Part shown: in pieces, positions 8,547 through 17,314 of the stretch
Numbering within the stretch: position 1 is the first letter of the stretch
Layout of the letters: each line of letters starts with the position of its first letter
From: a virus
Virus record (IMG/VR): IMGVR_UViG_3300037851_000547
Span: 1 to 64,000 of that record
DNA length: 64,000 nucleotides
Strand: one strand, 5' to 3'
The notes under the pieces: generated by a model
Told to the model about the DNA's origin: nothing
Database searches by the model: none
Seen by the model: only the letters and a program-made list of their open reading frames with translations
Position numbers and translations under genes: made by a program

Positions 8547-8881
8547 CACGATCCTTTCCGAAGTTGCTTGTTGAGCCTGCACATGGCGCATCGCGCCAGA
8601 AGAAGCTTCAGGCTCTCCTCCCGGTTAACCGTGCCGTCACGATCTCGTTCTGGAAGATGCGACAGATCTGGCTGCTCATAAGGAGAGCCGTGCTGGTGTC
8701 CGCGTTCGAGAAGCTCCTTCGCCAGCTCGTCGTGACGAGCCTTCATCGCTTTTGGTTCGATCTGACCATAGCGACCAGATATGGAGTGGCCCCTCTCGAA
8801 AACGTGGCGGTGCTTGTGGATCTCTCCGTGTTCGCCAAGCAGGTGCCTGGTACACACATGATTGAAGGATCTACCATCCAC
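8546..8881 (-). CDS. possible T4 endonuclease V-like pyrimidine-dimer DNA glycosylase
   Basis: 111-aa ORF (GTG start). CTRHLLGEHGEIHKHRHVF and ELAKELLERGHQH...DLSHLPE parallel the T4 DenV stretches DQHLMAEYRELPRVF and IELIAECLKRGFNI...DISDIPQ. By-eye similarity only. Confidence 0.45.
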   Translation of the reverse strand: MDGRSFNHVCTRHLLGEHGEIHKHRHVFERGHSISGRYGQIEPKAMKARHDELAKELLERGHQHGSPYEQPDLSHLPERDRDGTVNREESLKLLLARCAMCRLNKQLRKGS

Positions 8882-8884
8882 ATT

Positions 8885-8927
8885 CGCATAAAGAACGAAG
8901 CCGGTTCTATTTTACGACGGAACCGGC
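8885..8927 (-). terminator. hairpin plus U-rich tail (terminator- or attenuator-like)
   Basis: The minus-strand RNA reads GCCGGUUC-12 nt-GAACCGGC followed by UUCGUUCUUUAU, directly after the 9032..9367 gene. Confidence 0.35.
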
Positions 8928-9031
8928 AAGCGTCATGAAACGGAGGAAACTTCCGTACCCACCATGAGAAACGGAAACCGTTTGCAAGGCGCTACTGACG
9001 ATTGTTCAATCGCCAGGGATCACTTGGAGCG

Positions 9032-9367
9032 TTATTTGACTGGATTCTGCGGTCCCTGGTTCAGGTCGGCTGACCTTACCTTGGAAGAGACTTCGCATCC
9101 GAGTTTGACTGCGATAGCCCTCAAGGAAACGCTGATATCCGCGAGGATCTCGTTCTGACGCTGAAGTCTGACGAGGGCTGGGCGAAGAAACGGATCGGAC
9201 ATGCTTGCGGTGAAGCGCACGGGCATCCCGTTATCCATGATGTCGCCTATGACGGCGAGCATTACCTCGGCCGGGTCATCGATCTCGTCGCCTTCTTCGT
9301 CTTCGGGATCACCCGTATCGTCTTCGTCGAGGTCTTCCGGGTTCACTCGATCGTTATCCATTGGCAT
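9032..9367 (-). CDS. hypothetical protein with strongly acidic N-terminus
   Basis: 111-aa ORF with DLDEDDTGDPEDEEGDEIDD at the N-terminus. GGAGG-type RBS upstream. Confidence 0.5.
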   Translation of the reverse strand: MPMDNDRVNPEDLDEDDTGDPEDEEGDEIDDPAEVMLAVIGDIMDNGMPVRFTASMSDPFLRPALVRLQRQNEILADISVSLRAIAVKLGCEVSSKVRSADLNQGPQNPVK

Positions 9368-9463
9368 CTCTGGTTCCTCCCTGGTTTGGGTTCTGGTCTG
9401 TCGGATCTTCAGCTCTACACGAGCTGTTTCTGAATTGGAAGCTCTTTTTTATGCTACCTGAGA

Positions 9464-10219
9464 CTACATGGTGCGAACGCATATGAAACCATAGATATCA
9501 CTCTTTGGTTTGAACGAATCGATATCTTTGTCCACGTCCACGATTATCGCCGAAGCGCCATCTTCGGTGGATGACCAGAGAGTGCCGTTCAGCGGAGAAT
9601 CTACGATGGTAAGAAGTTCCTCGGCAGATGGAAGACGCCAGTCCTGGTAGACGCTGTTGTCAGCAAGTTCGCACCAGTTCACAGCTTCCTGCCAGTTCCC
9701 GAGAGTGTACCCCCACCAGACAAGGCATGTCTGGTCATCGAGGATCATCGTAGCCAGGCAATTATCCGAGTACTTGTATCGTCCTGCGGTTGACCGGAAC
9801 GTGCATCCTCCGCTCTGGAGCGGGCATCCAACGGCCGCGTCCTGGCCTTCATTTGACCCGCTGTCGGCCTCGAGGCCGCTGTCCTGGCTTGCGTCCTGGC
9901 CGGCATCGGACGCGCCTTCCAGGCCCGCGTCGAGGCCGCTGTCGGCTGTTTTTCCTGCATCGGCGACCTGTTCCCCCGCGTCGAGCTGCTCGATGTCGCC
10001 TCCGTCTGGATTGACCAGTGGACCGCTGTCGGGATCTACCGATCCTCCGCTCCCTCCTGATTCTCCGGTTCCACCGATTCCAGTCCAGGTGGAACCGGAA
10101 CCAGCTTCGTTCACCAGCGCGTCGCGGTCGGCGAAGCTGTAGTCGTCGAAGTCCGAGATCAGACTACAGCCTCCCATTCCGAGCGCCAGTACTATCGCCA
10201 GGTATCTGACTTTCCTCAT
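9464..10219 (-). CDS. secreted lipoprotein with C-terminal DUF1566 (Lcl-like) domain
   Basis: ATG at 10219 follows GGAGGAAACC. Lipobox LALGMGGCS, Gly/Ser/Asp-rich linker, and WRLPSAEELLTIV typical of DUF1566. Confidence 0.65.
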   Translation of the reverse strand: MRKVRYLAIVLALGMGGCSLISDFDDYSFADRDALVNEAGSGSTWTGIGGTGESGGSGGSVDPDSGPLVNPDGGDIEQLDAGEQVADAGKTADSGLDAGLEGASDAGQDASQDSGLEADSGSNEGQDAAVGCPLQSGGCTFRSTAGRYKYSDNCLATMILDDQTCLVWWGYTLGNWQEAVNWCELADNSVYQDWRLPSAEELLTIVDSPLNGTLWSSTEDGASAIIVDVDKDIDSFKPKSDIYGFICVRTM

Positions 10220-10499
10220 GGTTTCCTCCGTTCGTTTCTGTCCTCTCAAGCGCTTCCATGAGCGCCTGCCAGAGCTTCATGGCGGAAATGTTCCAGACGT
10301 AGTGATGGTCAGGTTTATGGATAGAGATATCTATTCCTCCACCGATGCAGCCGGCTACTTCTCCAACAGTCTCGCCTGCATCGTTCTTTATTTCTACTAC
10401 GCAGTCGGCGAACCTCATATGAAGAACACCCCCACCGGGTCCGAAGTTGTACTTGGCCTTCAGGAGTATTTCGATCTCGTCGCCGAGCTTGTGTTTCAT
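10164..10499 (-). CDS. hypothetical protein
   Basis: 111-aa ORF. Its 3' end overlaps the lipoprotein start by 56 nt. Confidence 0.4.
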   Translation of the reverse strand: MKHKLGDEIEILLKAKYNFGPGGGVLHMRFADCVVEIKNDAGETVGEVAGCIGGGIDISIHKPDHHYVWNISAMKLWQALMEALERTETNGGNHEESQIPGDSTGARNGRL

Positions 10500-10780
10500 C
10501 TTTGACGATTCTTTCCTTGATCTGCTATTGCTTCAGCGATTTCCATGTACTCGGTGTAAACGTCAGCCAGTCTGTTGATTCTGGCACAGTGTTGCCTCTG
10601 TACTTCTTGGAACGCATTGGGACCCTGAACGTAGTAGTCACGAGCGTTCGGTGCCGCTTCACGAATCGCCTCCATTGCCAGGCGAAGCGCTTGAGCAGCG
10701 TCAGTTATCTGATCCATCAGCGTTTCCTTGCTCGTTCCGTTCAGATGAACTGTCGGAACTATCAGTCTATTCTCTGTCAT
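10496..10780 (-). CDS. hypothetical helical protein
   Basis: The track ORF 10496..11101 runs into a stop-free repeat. ATG at 10780 follows AAGGAGATCAAGGA. 94 aa. Confidence 0.5.
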   Translation of the reverse strand: MTENRLIVPTVHLNGTSKETLMDQITDAAQALRLAMEAIREAAPNARDYYVQGPNAFQEVQRQHCARINRLADVYTEYMEIAEAIADQGKNRQR

Positions 10781-10807
10781 TCCTTGATCTCCTTCATGGT
10801 TGCACCT

Positions 10808-11090
10808 TGCCTCGCCGCGCCAAGCCACGCCACGCCACGCCGCGCCTCGCCACGCCACGCCACGCCATGCCATGCCACGATCCTCGCCTCGCCAGGCCAC
10901 GCCTCGCCACGATCCTCGCCACGCCAAGCCTCGCCGCGCCTCGCCACGCCTCGCCAGGCCGCGCCTCGCCACGATCCACGCCTCGCCAGGCCACGCCTCG
11001 CCACGATCCTCGCCACGCCAAGCCCCGCCGCGCCTCGCCATGCCTCGCCAGGCCACGCCTCGCCAAGCCACGATCCACGATCCACGATCC
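10808..11090. repeat. Pentanucleotide (GCCNN/CCWCG) tandem array with higher-order 94/99-bp duplication and 7 GATC sites
   Basis: Read directly. About 55 consecutive 5-mers are punctuated by CACGATC units, with blocks at 10876-10969 and 10970-11068, then CACGATC x3. All six frames are open, and it fills the whole intergenic gap. Confidence 0.9.
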
Positions 11091-11093
11091 AAA

Positions 11094-11558
11094 CTACTCA
11101 TTCAGCTTCCTGAAAAGTTTCCTCGAATCAGCTACGGCAAGTTGTAGCCTGCTGCAAGACCGAATGAAGTGATCATTTATCTTTCGACTATCCTCGCTCA
11201 GCCTCGTGGAGTCAGTTGTCCTTGCTATGTCCTCTGCATCGACAATCATTTTTACAGCAGACTTTCCCTTCCTGTTGGTCAGTACAACCCTGGATTCAGG
11301 ATCTGCGGCCTGCAGACCGATACCGTTGATAGCCTTCATTATCACGTTGCTTTCGAAACGAAGCTTCTTTCTCCACTTCGAAACCACGCTGTTGAATCTG
11401 TGACTTCTATATGGAGTGTCGATAACAGCTTCTATTTCGGACCACCTGATGGTGACCCCCTCTTGCGGAATCCCGAATCGTTCCTTCAGCTTTTCAACGT
11501 CAGGATCGATCGGGATTCCGCCACTGAAGACCGCAGTCTTCGGAGCTTTTTCTGCCAT
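11094..11558 (-). CDS. hypothetical protein
   Basis: 154-aa ORF. Its stop abuts the pentanucleotide array. Confidence 0.5.
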   Translation of the reverse strand: MAEKAPKTAVFSGGIPIDPDVEKLKERFGIPQEGVTIRWSEIEAVIDTPYRSHRFNSVVSKWRKKLRFESNVIMKAINGIGLQAADPESRVVLTNRKGKSAVKMIVDAEDIARTTDSTRLSEDSRKINDHFIRSCSRLQLAVADSRKLFRKLNE

Positions 11559-12268
11559 TACAGCTCCTTTACCTGCGCGGTGAACATTCCGAAGGAACCG
11601 CTAGCCTTGTTCGACGGCCTCCAGTCACCCAGGCCGCATCGACGACCACCGATCGAAAAGATGGTCTGAAGAATGTCGAGCGAAAGAACCTGCTCAACAA
11701 CAGTGATCGTTCCGGAGATCTTCCATGTGTCTAAGCGAGCCCTGACACGGATATGCTTCGACCTCCCAACGGAAGCCGGTTTCGCGAAAAGCTCGAACCC
11801 GTGAGCCTGCGCCAGCTCTTCGTGCTTCTTGAAGTCCAGCTCGTTCTTCAGAGCGCTAAAGTCGGCCCACGGCACGGTCTTTCCGTTGATGAGAATCGGC
11901 CAGGCGAACTGATCCATGATGATTCCGCTTTGCGTCACCGCTTTGAAGGTTGACTTTCCTTCCATCTGAATCTTCGCTCCAGCTTCGCGCAGCATGGTCA
12001 TAATGTTGTCGCTCTCAACGCAGATGAGACCCTCGGAAACGTAGGTATAACCAAGCCACGTCCACGCCGGAGAACGATCGTCTCCCTTTTCGGAGATCGA
12101 CTTGTTGTTGCTGTCCATTTGCCAGGTTTTTACCCGCTCCCTCCACGCAAGGTTGTTCTTGTGCAAGAGCATCGGAGATACGCCGGTGAGCGTTACCTGA
12201 TACCGTCTGGCATGAGGTACTTCCTCTTCTGCGTCGTTGTCCTGAATATTGTCGGTTTTGTCACTCAT
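11558..12268 (-). CDS. hypothetical protein (Gly-rich C-terminal loop GLGDWRPSNKASGSFGMF)
   Basis: 236-aa ORF, 1-nt overlap with the downstream start. No family confidently recognised. Confidence 0.55.
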   Translation of the reverse strand: MSDKTDNIQDNDAEEEVPHARRYQVTLTGVSPMLLHKNNLAWRERVKTWQMDSNNKSISEKGDDRSPAWTWLGYTYVSEGLICVESDNIMTMLREAGAKIQMEGKSTFKAVTQSGIIMDQFAWPILINGKTVPWADFSALKNELDFKKHEELAQAHGFELFAKPASVGRSKHIRVRARLDTWKISGTITVVEQVLSLDILQTIFSIGGRRCGLGDWRPSNKASGSFGMFTAQVKEL

Positions 12269-12332
12269 AACACTATCCTTCTTGTTTGGATTCTGGTTCT
12301 TAGAGTTAGACGTTTATAAGCTGACCAAGTGA

Positions 12333-13115
12333 TCAGGTTTTACACTGACGAAGTTTGTATGCCTGGAACTCCCGCTCCTGATCTACGGCGAGCTGCTTCT
12401 GCTCCTGGATGAGCGTGAAGTACGCCGGGATATTGATGCGAGGAGCCATCTTGAGAAGCAGCTTCGCTGTGGCTTCTGCATCGGCTGTGGCACGATGCGC
12501 TTGGATCTCAATGCCATACAGCGAGCACATCTCGCTCAGCGTTTTCTTTCCCTTCTTGAACTTGTGGATCTTCCGAACCCAGACTAGCGGATCGATCCAC
12601 TCGACGTGCTGGCGAAACGCTGCTGGCAGCTCGTCTGGATCGATCGCCTCGCTGATGAACTCCGGAGTGATGATGGTGTGCTGCGCTCTGCGCGCGTGGT
12701 CGATGATCTTCTTCTGGAGGACGCGGTAAACCTCGTGAAGCAGGAAATCACGATCGAAGTCTGCGTTGTAGGCTACCGGCACTCGCCCGCATAGAGTGTC
12801 CTCGATGATGTCGTAGGCCTCCTCGAACGTGGGCGCGTCCTTCAGCTGCTCGTTCGTGATCCCGGTGATGTCGGTGATCTCCTGGCTGATCTCAACTCCC
12901 GGATTCAGAAACCCGCCACGGACGAAGTAGTCCTCAGACCGATCCACCTTCCCTTCATCGATCAGAACGATGCCGTACTCGATGATCCTGTTAACGGAAG
13001 GATCGAGCCCTGTCGTCTCGAAGTCGATTATCGCCAACGGCAACTTCGTCCAGTCTTCTGCCGGATTGAATCCTGGCGCTGGAACTCTATTCAGTTTTTC
13101 CTGAGCGTTCATCAT
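12333..13115 (-). CDS. DEDDh 3'-5' exonuclease (DnaQ/epsilon-like)
   Basis: IIDFETTGLD (ExoI), AYNADFDRDFL (ExoII) and HRATADAEATAKLL (ExoIII, DEDDh). Confidence 0.85.
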   Translation of the reverse strand: MMNAQEKLNRVPAPGFNPAEDWTKLPLAIIDFETTGLDPSVNRIIEYGIVLIDEGKVDRSEDYFVRGGFLNPGVEISQEITDITGITNEQLKDAPTFEEAYDIIEDTLCGRVPVAYNADFDRDFLLHEVYRVLQKKIIDHARRAQHTIITPEFISEAIDPDELPAAFRQHVEWIDPLVWVRKIHKFKKGKKTLSEMCSLYGIEIQAHRATADAEATAKLLLKMAPRINIPAYFTLIQEQKQLAVDQEREFQAYKLRQCKT

Positions 13116-13142
13116 CAGTCCTCGTGTCTTGTGTATTTCATC

Positions 13143-13343
13143 TTATCCAGCTTTCGCTGCTTCATCCAACGCCAGCCACAGCTCAGCGGCTCGGCCTAAC
13201 TTGACCCGTGCCTCCACCTGCTTGCTCTCGGTTTCTTGATCGCTCGGACCATTCCATACAGCCAGGGCATCACGCAGGATTAGTAAATTGACAGCATCGA
13301 GCGCCAGCAAGAACATTCCAGGATAAATGACAGCGTGTTTCAT
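13143..13343 (-). CDS. hypothetical small protein
   Basis: The internal ATG at 13343 forms an ATGA overlap with the upstream stop. 66 aa. Confidence 0.35.
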   Translation of the reverse strand: MKHAVIYPGMFLLALDAVNLLILRDALAVWNGPSDQETESKQVEARVKLGRAAELWLALDEAAKAG

Positions 13344-13807
13344 TGTTCCATCTTCAGCAACTCTCCGTTGCGAACCTCCATATTGATATCCTCGAGCACG
13401 TCGCCTTCCCGGAGAACATGGTGAACGAGCTTCCCATCTGGGTTGATCACTCGACCAGCCGAGAAGCCAAACACGCCAATCCACTCCTCGTCTCCAGTGA
13501 CCTTTACCACCTGCGGCACTCCGAGATTGCCGGTAACAATCATCAGCATACCAGGCCAGCCATACGGATTGGCCGCAACGCAGGCTGGACAGGTTGGCCG
13601 GTCATCTGGGCGATGCCAGCGCCACACAGCGCGGTTGTATGCCGGATCATCTTCGCAGGTAGAATACCAATGACCGCAAAGCGTCCTGGTTCTCAGACCC
13701 ACGAACAAGCGTCCCTGTTTCGTGAACGTGTAGCTGTGAACGTGAACAGAATCCTCGTGCGCGTGAACGAGTGCCTGTTCAGCGGTCATCACCTTGGCTC
13801 TTGCCAT
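13340..13807 (-). CDS. hypothetical protein
   Basis: 155-aa ORF containing a CPAC motif. Confidence 0.5.
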   Translation of the reverse strand: MARAKVMTAEQALVHAHEDSVHVHSYTFTKQGRLFVGLRTRTLCGHWYSTCEDDPAYNRAVWRWHRPDDRPTCPACVAANPYGWPGMLMIVTGNLGVPQVVKVTGDEEWIGVFGFSAGRVINPDGKLVHHVLREGDVLEDINMEVRNGELLKMEQ

Positions 13808-13808
13808 T

Positions 13809-13988
13809 TTACGTTCCCTCCGAAATGCGAAGTTGCTGTTCGCAACGATAGCTGAAGCTCTCGAATGGTCTGAGAATGGTCAGCAAAGCCTGCTCGCAGC
13901 GTCCTGCCAAATACCAAAGCCTGCGCACGAGCATCCTTCTACCTCGCGCATCGAGCGGCAAAGCTTCGATTTCACTGGTGTTTTTCAT
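13809..13988 (-). CDS. hypothetical small basic protein
   Basis: ATG at 13988 follows GGGTGGGAGC. 59 aa. Confidence 0.3.
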   Translation of the reverse strand: MKNTSEIEALPLDARGRRMLVRRLWYLAGRCEQALLTILRPFESFSYRCEQQLRISEGT

Positions 13989-14113
13989 GCTCCCACCCTG
14001 TTTACCCACTATAATCAGTCTTATAGCGGGAAGGCTGTAACTGCCGAAAAGCTCAATGATATCAAGTACTTACGCGATCTGCGATCCTGCGTGGCCCTGC
14101 CTGATCGAGGGCC

Positions 14114-14341
14114 TCAGTTCTTCAGAAACTTGATCGGATTCTCGGGGTCCCAGCTCGGCCTGTGCTCCCTCAACCATTCCCTGAAGCCAGGCTCGACCTC
14201 GCCAAGAACGACCTCGTAGCGCTCCTTATCGTCCCAGGAACCTCCCTCCACGATGACCATGGGCCTTTCCGCTTCCACGATCGGCGGTGTGATGACCTTC
14301 GCGCCATCCATGAATCTCGGGTGACCGTGGATCTTCCCCAT
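14114..14341 (-). CDS. hypothetical protein
   Basis: 75-aa ORF. Confidence 0.45.
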   Translation of the reverse strand: MGKIHGHPRFMDGAKVITPPIVEAERPMVIVEGGSWDDKERYEVVLGEVEPGFREWLREHRPSWDPENPIKFLKN

Positions 14342-14390
14342 TTCGGCTTTCCATTCTCAACTCCCCATTGAGCTAAGACGATCGGTTCAG

Positions 14391-14726
14391 TCATTCTTTT
14401 ACCCACTGCTCCAGTGTAAAAGCGTCCATGCAAGAACCGATGAGCCGCCTGTCTTTCGCAACGTCCTTGATGCAGACGTTCTCTCCACATACAGGACAGA
14501 GCCCGCTGTACAGAACAAGCGCTTCTGGATGAAGCCACCACGTACCGCCGCCTCCGTGCTCGTTCTCAGACCAGTCTCTCGCCTTGGCGTAACCGTGTGG
14601 ATTCGAGTACTCGATGAACTCGTAGGCAGTACGTCTCGGAAAAAGGTGCTTCTCCATGTCGCTGATTGGTTTGTAAATGAAGACCAGCTCTCCAGCCCGG
14701 AACTCGCGCCACCATTTTTCTGCCAT
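14391..14726 (-). CDS. hypothetical protein (CPVCGENVC motif)
   Basis: The ATG at 14726 lies 2 nt after the helicase stop. 111 aa. Confidence 0.45.
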   Translation of the reverse strand: MAEKWWREFRAGELVFIYKPISDMEKHLFPRRTAYEFIEYSNPHGYAKARDWSENEHGGGGTWWLHPEALVLYSGLCPVCGENVCIKDVAKDRRLIGSCMDAFTLEQWVKE

Positions 14727-14727
14727 G

Positions 14728-16686
14728 TCAGACTCTTTCTGCGAGGAACCGCTCAAGCTCCGCAAGGTTCTTGCTGATCCTCATCCGTTTCGGGAAGCTG
14801 CTGGTGAAGTTCTTTCCGTAGCTCTTCTTCACAATTCGGTCGTCCAGCACCACTATCACTCCGCGGTCACTGATCGACCGGATGAGCCTGCCGGCTCCCT
14901 GACGGAACGTGGTGACAGCTCTCGGGATGCTGTAGCCGATGAACCAGTTGTCCCCTCGGTCCTTCGTCGCGTCGAGGATCGGGTCATCAGGCGTCGGGAA
15001 AGGCAACCTGTCGATGATCAAGCACGACAGGGTTTCTCCCGGAACGTCGATCCCAGCCCAGAACGACTCCACACCGAGCAGGACCGAGCGAACGTCAGCT
15101 CTGAACTCGGCAACGAGCTTCGTCCTTGGTCGGTCACCCTGCGCCAGGATGTTCCAGCTGGTCCGCTCTCGAAGCCTGTCCCTGGTCACGGCCAGGTTCT
15201 TGTAGGACGTGAACAGGCACAGCGTTCGCCCTTGAGCAGCCTCGACACACTGCTCGACCATGTTGGCGATCCCCTCCGCGTTGTCCGGACCAGGAGTCTC
15301 CCTTGGTACGATGATCAGCGACTGCTTCGCCAGGTCGAACGGGGAGTCCACGATCAGCATCTCCACGTCGTCTCGCCAGAGTCCAAGGTCGCCAACAAGG
15401 TGCTTCATGGTTCCTCGAACGGCGAGCGTTGCGCTGGTGAGAACCACAGTCCTGATATCCCCGAACAGGCGTTCGTATAGCGGCTTCGCAACGTCCACGG
15501 TCTTGCACAGGCTCGCATGTCCCTTGTTGTCCAGTTCGATGAAGTAGACGCAATGCTTGTTGTCGAGCTTGGTTCCCTCGAGGACCTTTTCCTTGATCTT
15601 CTCGCAGCGTTCCATCCACAGCTTCGCCTCATAGCGACGTTCATCGCTCTTTCCAGAATCCACTACGTTCGCGAAAGACTGGATGGCGTTGTTGAGCTGC
15701 GCCAGAAGGAAGCTCGGATCAACAGCGTTAGGTGTCTTCAGCCTGGCTTTGTAGTCGGCCGAGCTGCGAAAAGCCTTCAGACTGTCGAAGTAGTCTCTCG
15801 TCGCTCGCATGAGCGAGGCGCGCGTGTCCGAAAGTCCTATCAGGCGAAGTGGCGCCGCTGCCTTTCGGATCGCGTAGTATCCGAGCTTCCATCCAAAGAT
15901 ATCCCTGGCGATATCGACAGCGTTGTGCGCTTCGTCCATGACCACAGCATCGTAGTCTGGAATCACCGTGGTTCCGAAAGCCAGGTGCGTGAAGAACAGG
16001 TGATAGTTGCAAACGATGATGTTTGCTTCCTTCATTCCCTCCCTGGCCTTGTTCACGAAGCACTTGTCGTAGTTCTTGCAGCGGCGACCTTTGCACTCCT
16101 CGCTGCTTCTGGAGAGTTCCGACCAGACGTGAGGGTTCGGGATGATCTCCAGCTCGCTCTTGTCTCCGGTTTCGGTTTCGCGAGCCCAGGTCAACAGCTT
16201 GTTGAACTCGTCAACGGCAGAGAGATCGTACATCTCGACCTGGGAAGCCCTGTCGCTGTGAACCAGGTCGTAGCAGATGTAGTTGCTTCGCCCCTTCGCG
16301 AGCTTGAACTGGAAGTTGACCGGCATCACACGCTGGAGCATTGGCAGGTCTTTCTCCACCAGCTGCTCCTGGAGCGCGATATTCGCAGTCACGATGACTG
16401 CCCTCCACGGATCTTGGAACCTCTTTTCCCTAAACCCGCCCTGACCGTCCTTCACGAGCTTCGTTCGCTCGACCATAGGCGTTTTTCGGATCATTCCGAT
16501 GATCGGAACGCAGTATCCGAAGCTCTTTCCGACCCCAGGAGGACATTCGGCGAGCAAAGCGCCGCCATAAACCAGCGCTTTCGCAGTTTTCTTGGCAAAT
16601 TCCAGCTGCTGTGGCCGTGACTTGAATCCCGGTATGACTTTTGACAAAGAACCGCCGTCATCCAGCGTTTCGAAGATGATGCTCAT
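14728..16686 (-). CDS. dinG: DinG/XPD (Rad3)-family Fe-S DNA helicase
   Basis: 652 aa. Walker A CPPGVGKSFGY, DEAH box VVMDEAHNA, a four-Cys insert (CYD...CKGRRCKNYDKC), and C-terminal FWAGIDVPG and FRQGAGRLIRS motifs. Confidence 0.9.
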   Translation of the reverse strand: MSIIFETLDDGGSLSKVIPGFKSRPQQLEFAKKTAKALVYGGALLAECPPGVGKSFGYCVPIIGMIRKTPMVERTKLVKDGQGGFREKRFQDPWRAVIVTANIALQEQLVEKDLPMLQRVMPVNFQFKLAKGRSNYICYDLVHSDRASQVEMYDLSAVDEFNKLLTWARETETGDKSELEIIPNPHVWSELSRSSEECKGRRCKNYDKCFVNKAREGMKEANIIVCNYHLFFTHLAFGTTVIPDYDAVVMDEAHNAVDIARDIFGWKLGYYAIRKAAAPLRLIGLSDTRASLMRATRDYFDSLKAFRSSADYKARLKTPNAVDPSFLLAQLNNAIQSFANVVDSGKSDERRYEAKLWMERCEKIKEKVLEGTKLDNKHCVYFIELDNKGHASLCKTVDVAKPLYERLFGDIRTVVLTSATLAVRGTMKHLVGDLGLWRDDVEMLIVDSPFDLAKQSLIIVPRETPGPDNAEGIANMVEQCVEAAQGRTLCLFTSYKNLAVTRDRLRERTSWNILAQGDRPRTKLVAEFRADVRSVLLGVESFWAGIDVPGETLSCLIIDRLPFPTPDDPILDATKDRGDNWFIGYSIPRAVTTFRQGAGRLIRSISDRGVIVVLDDRIVKKSYGKNFTSSFPKRMRISKNLAELERFLAERV

Positions 16687-16829
16687 ATTTTTTGACCAGT
16701 GTAGTGCTCCGCAAGGTGGTACAGGAGGCGCGGAACGTCAGGAAGAAAGCCGCCCATTTCGATCCAGGAAGTAAGATCTCTCAGCGCATCGAGCGTCTCT
16801 TCTCGATCGTCGTCGAGCATGGCCTTCAT
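16683..16829 (-). CDS. hypothetical small protein (below the ORF-track cutoff)
   Basis: My translation gives MKAMLDDDREETLDALRDLTSWIEMGGFLPDVPRLLYHLAEHYTGQKI. Its stop overlaps the helicase ATG (ATGA). Confidence 0.35.
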   Translation of the reverse strand: MKAMLDDDREETLDALRDLTSWIEMGGFLPDVPRLLYHLAEHYTGQKI

Positions 16830-16837
16830 GGCTCGTT

Positions 16838-17314
16838 CTAAAGCTGCGGTAGGGTCCATTCCTTCACCTGTTCAGTAAGTTCAGGAGACAGCTTCCAGAT
16901 TCCTTGTTGCCCCCTGCACGGGACATGGTGCTCAAGGCGTCGAATGTCGTCAAGTACCCAAACTTCAGGTCCGAAGATCCACTTCGCGCCTCGTTCTACA
17001 CCCGTGAGAGTGTAATCGTGAGCCATGATGACGTTCGATATCCGCTTTAGCTCGTCGCAGCGAAAGAAACCCATTAGCCGAAAGGTTCCGACAACAGCTC
17101 CCGCTGGCTGGCATTTCGGCAGAGAGCCTATCAGTGACTCGATGTAGTCTGATCCTTCGCTATCGAACTTCACGGTAGCGTGAAGGGCGAACTCCTGACC
17201 GAGATATCTCTTACTCGGCCTCCAGGTGCGGTTCTCGAACCGCTTCTGAATGTCCGGGTCTTCGTGAAGAATCACGAACGGCCAGGGTCGCCAGAACGAA
17301 AGCGCGAGCATCAT
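16838..17314 (-). CDS. ASCH-domain-like protein
   Basis: LSFWRPWPFVIL...FENRTWRP resembles the ASCH N-terminal pattern (SIRQPWA...ENR.W). Confidence 0.55.
   Translation of the reverse strand: MMLALSFWRPWPFVILHEDPDIQKRFENRTWRPSKRYLGQEFALHATVKFDSEGSDYIESLIGSLPKCQPAGAVVGTFRLMGFFRCDELKRISNVIMAHDYTLTGVERGAKWIFGPEVWVLDDIRRLEHHVPCRGQQGIWKLSPELTEQVKEWTLPQL

Noticed and set aside
10808-11090. Possible CRISPR array.
   Set aside because: The unit length is 5 nt with no repeat-spacer alternation, no unique spacers and no cas genes other than a stand-alone Cas4-like nuclease.
10502-11172. Six overlapping ORFs on both strands encoding WRGVAWRG / PRHATPRH-type repeats (for example 10496..11101, 10502..11113, 10651..11172, 10777..11085, 10794..11078, 10800..11147).
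   Set aside because: They exist only because the pentanucleotide array contains no stop codons in any frame. The real downstream gene has a good RBS and ATG at 10780, and the upstream gene stops at 11094, so I treat the array as non-coding.
11558-12268. Possible RAMP/Cas7-like protein, because of the Gly-rich C-terminal loop GLGDWRPSNKASGSFGMF and an N-terminal TGVSPMLLH segment.
   Set aside because: The resemblance is limited to two short motifs recalled from memory. There is no CRISPR context, so I leave it as hypothetical pending a profile search.
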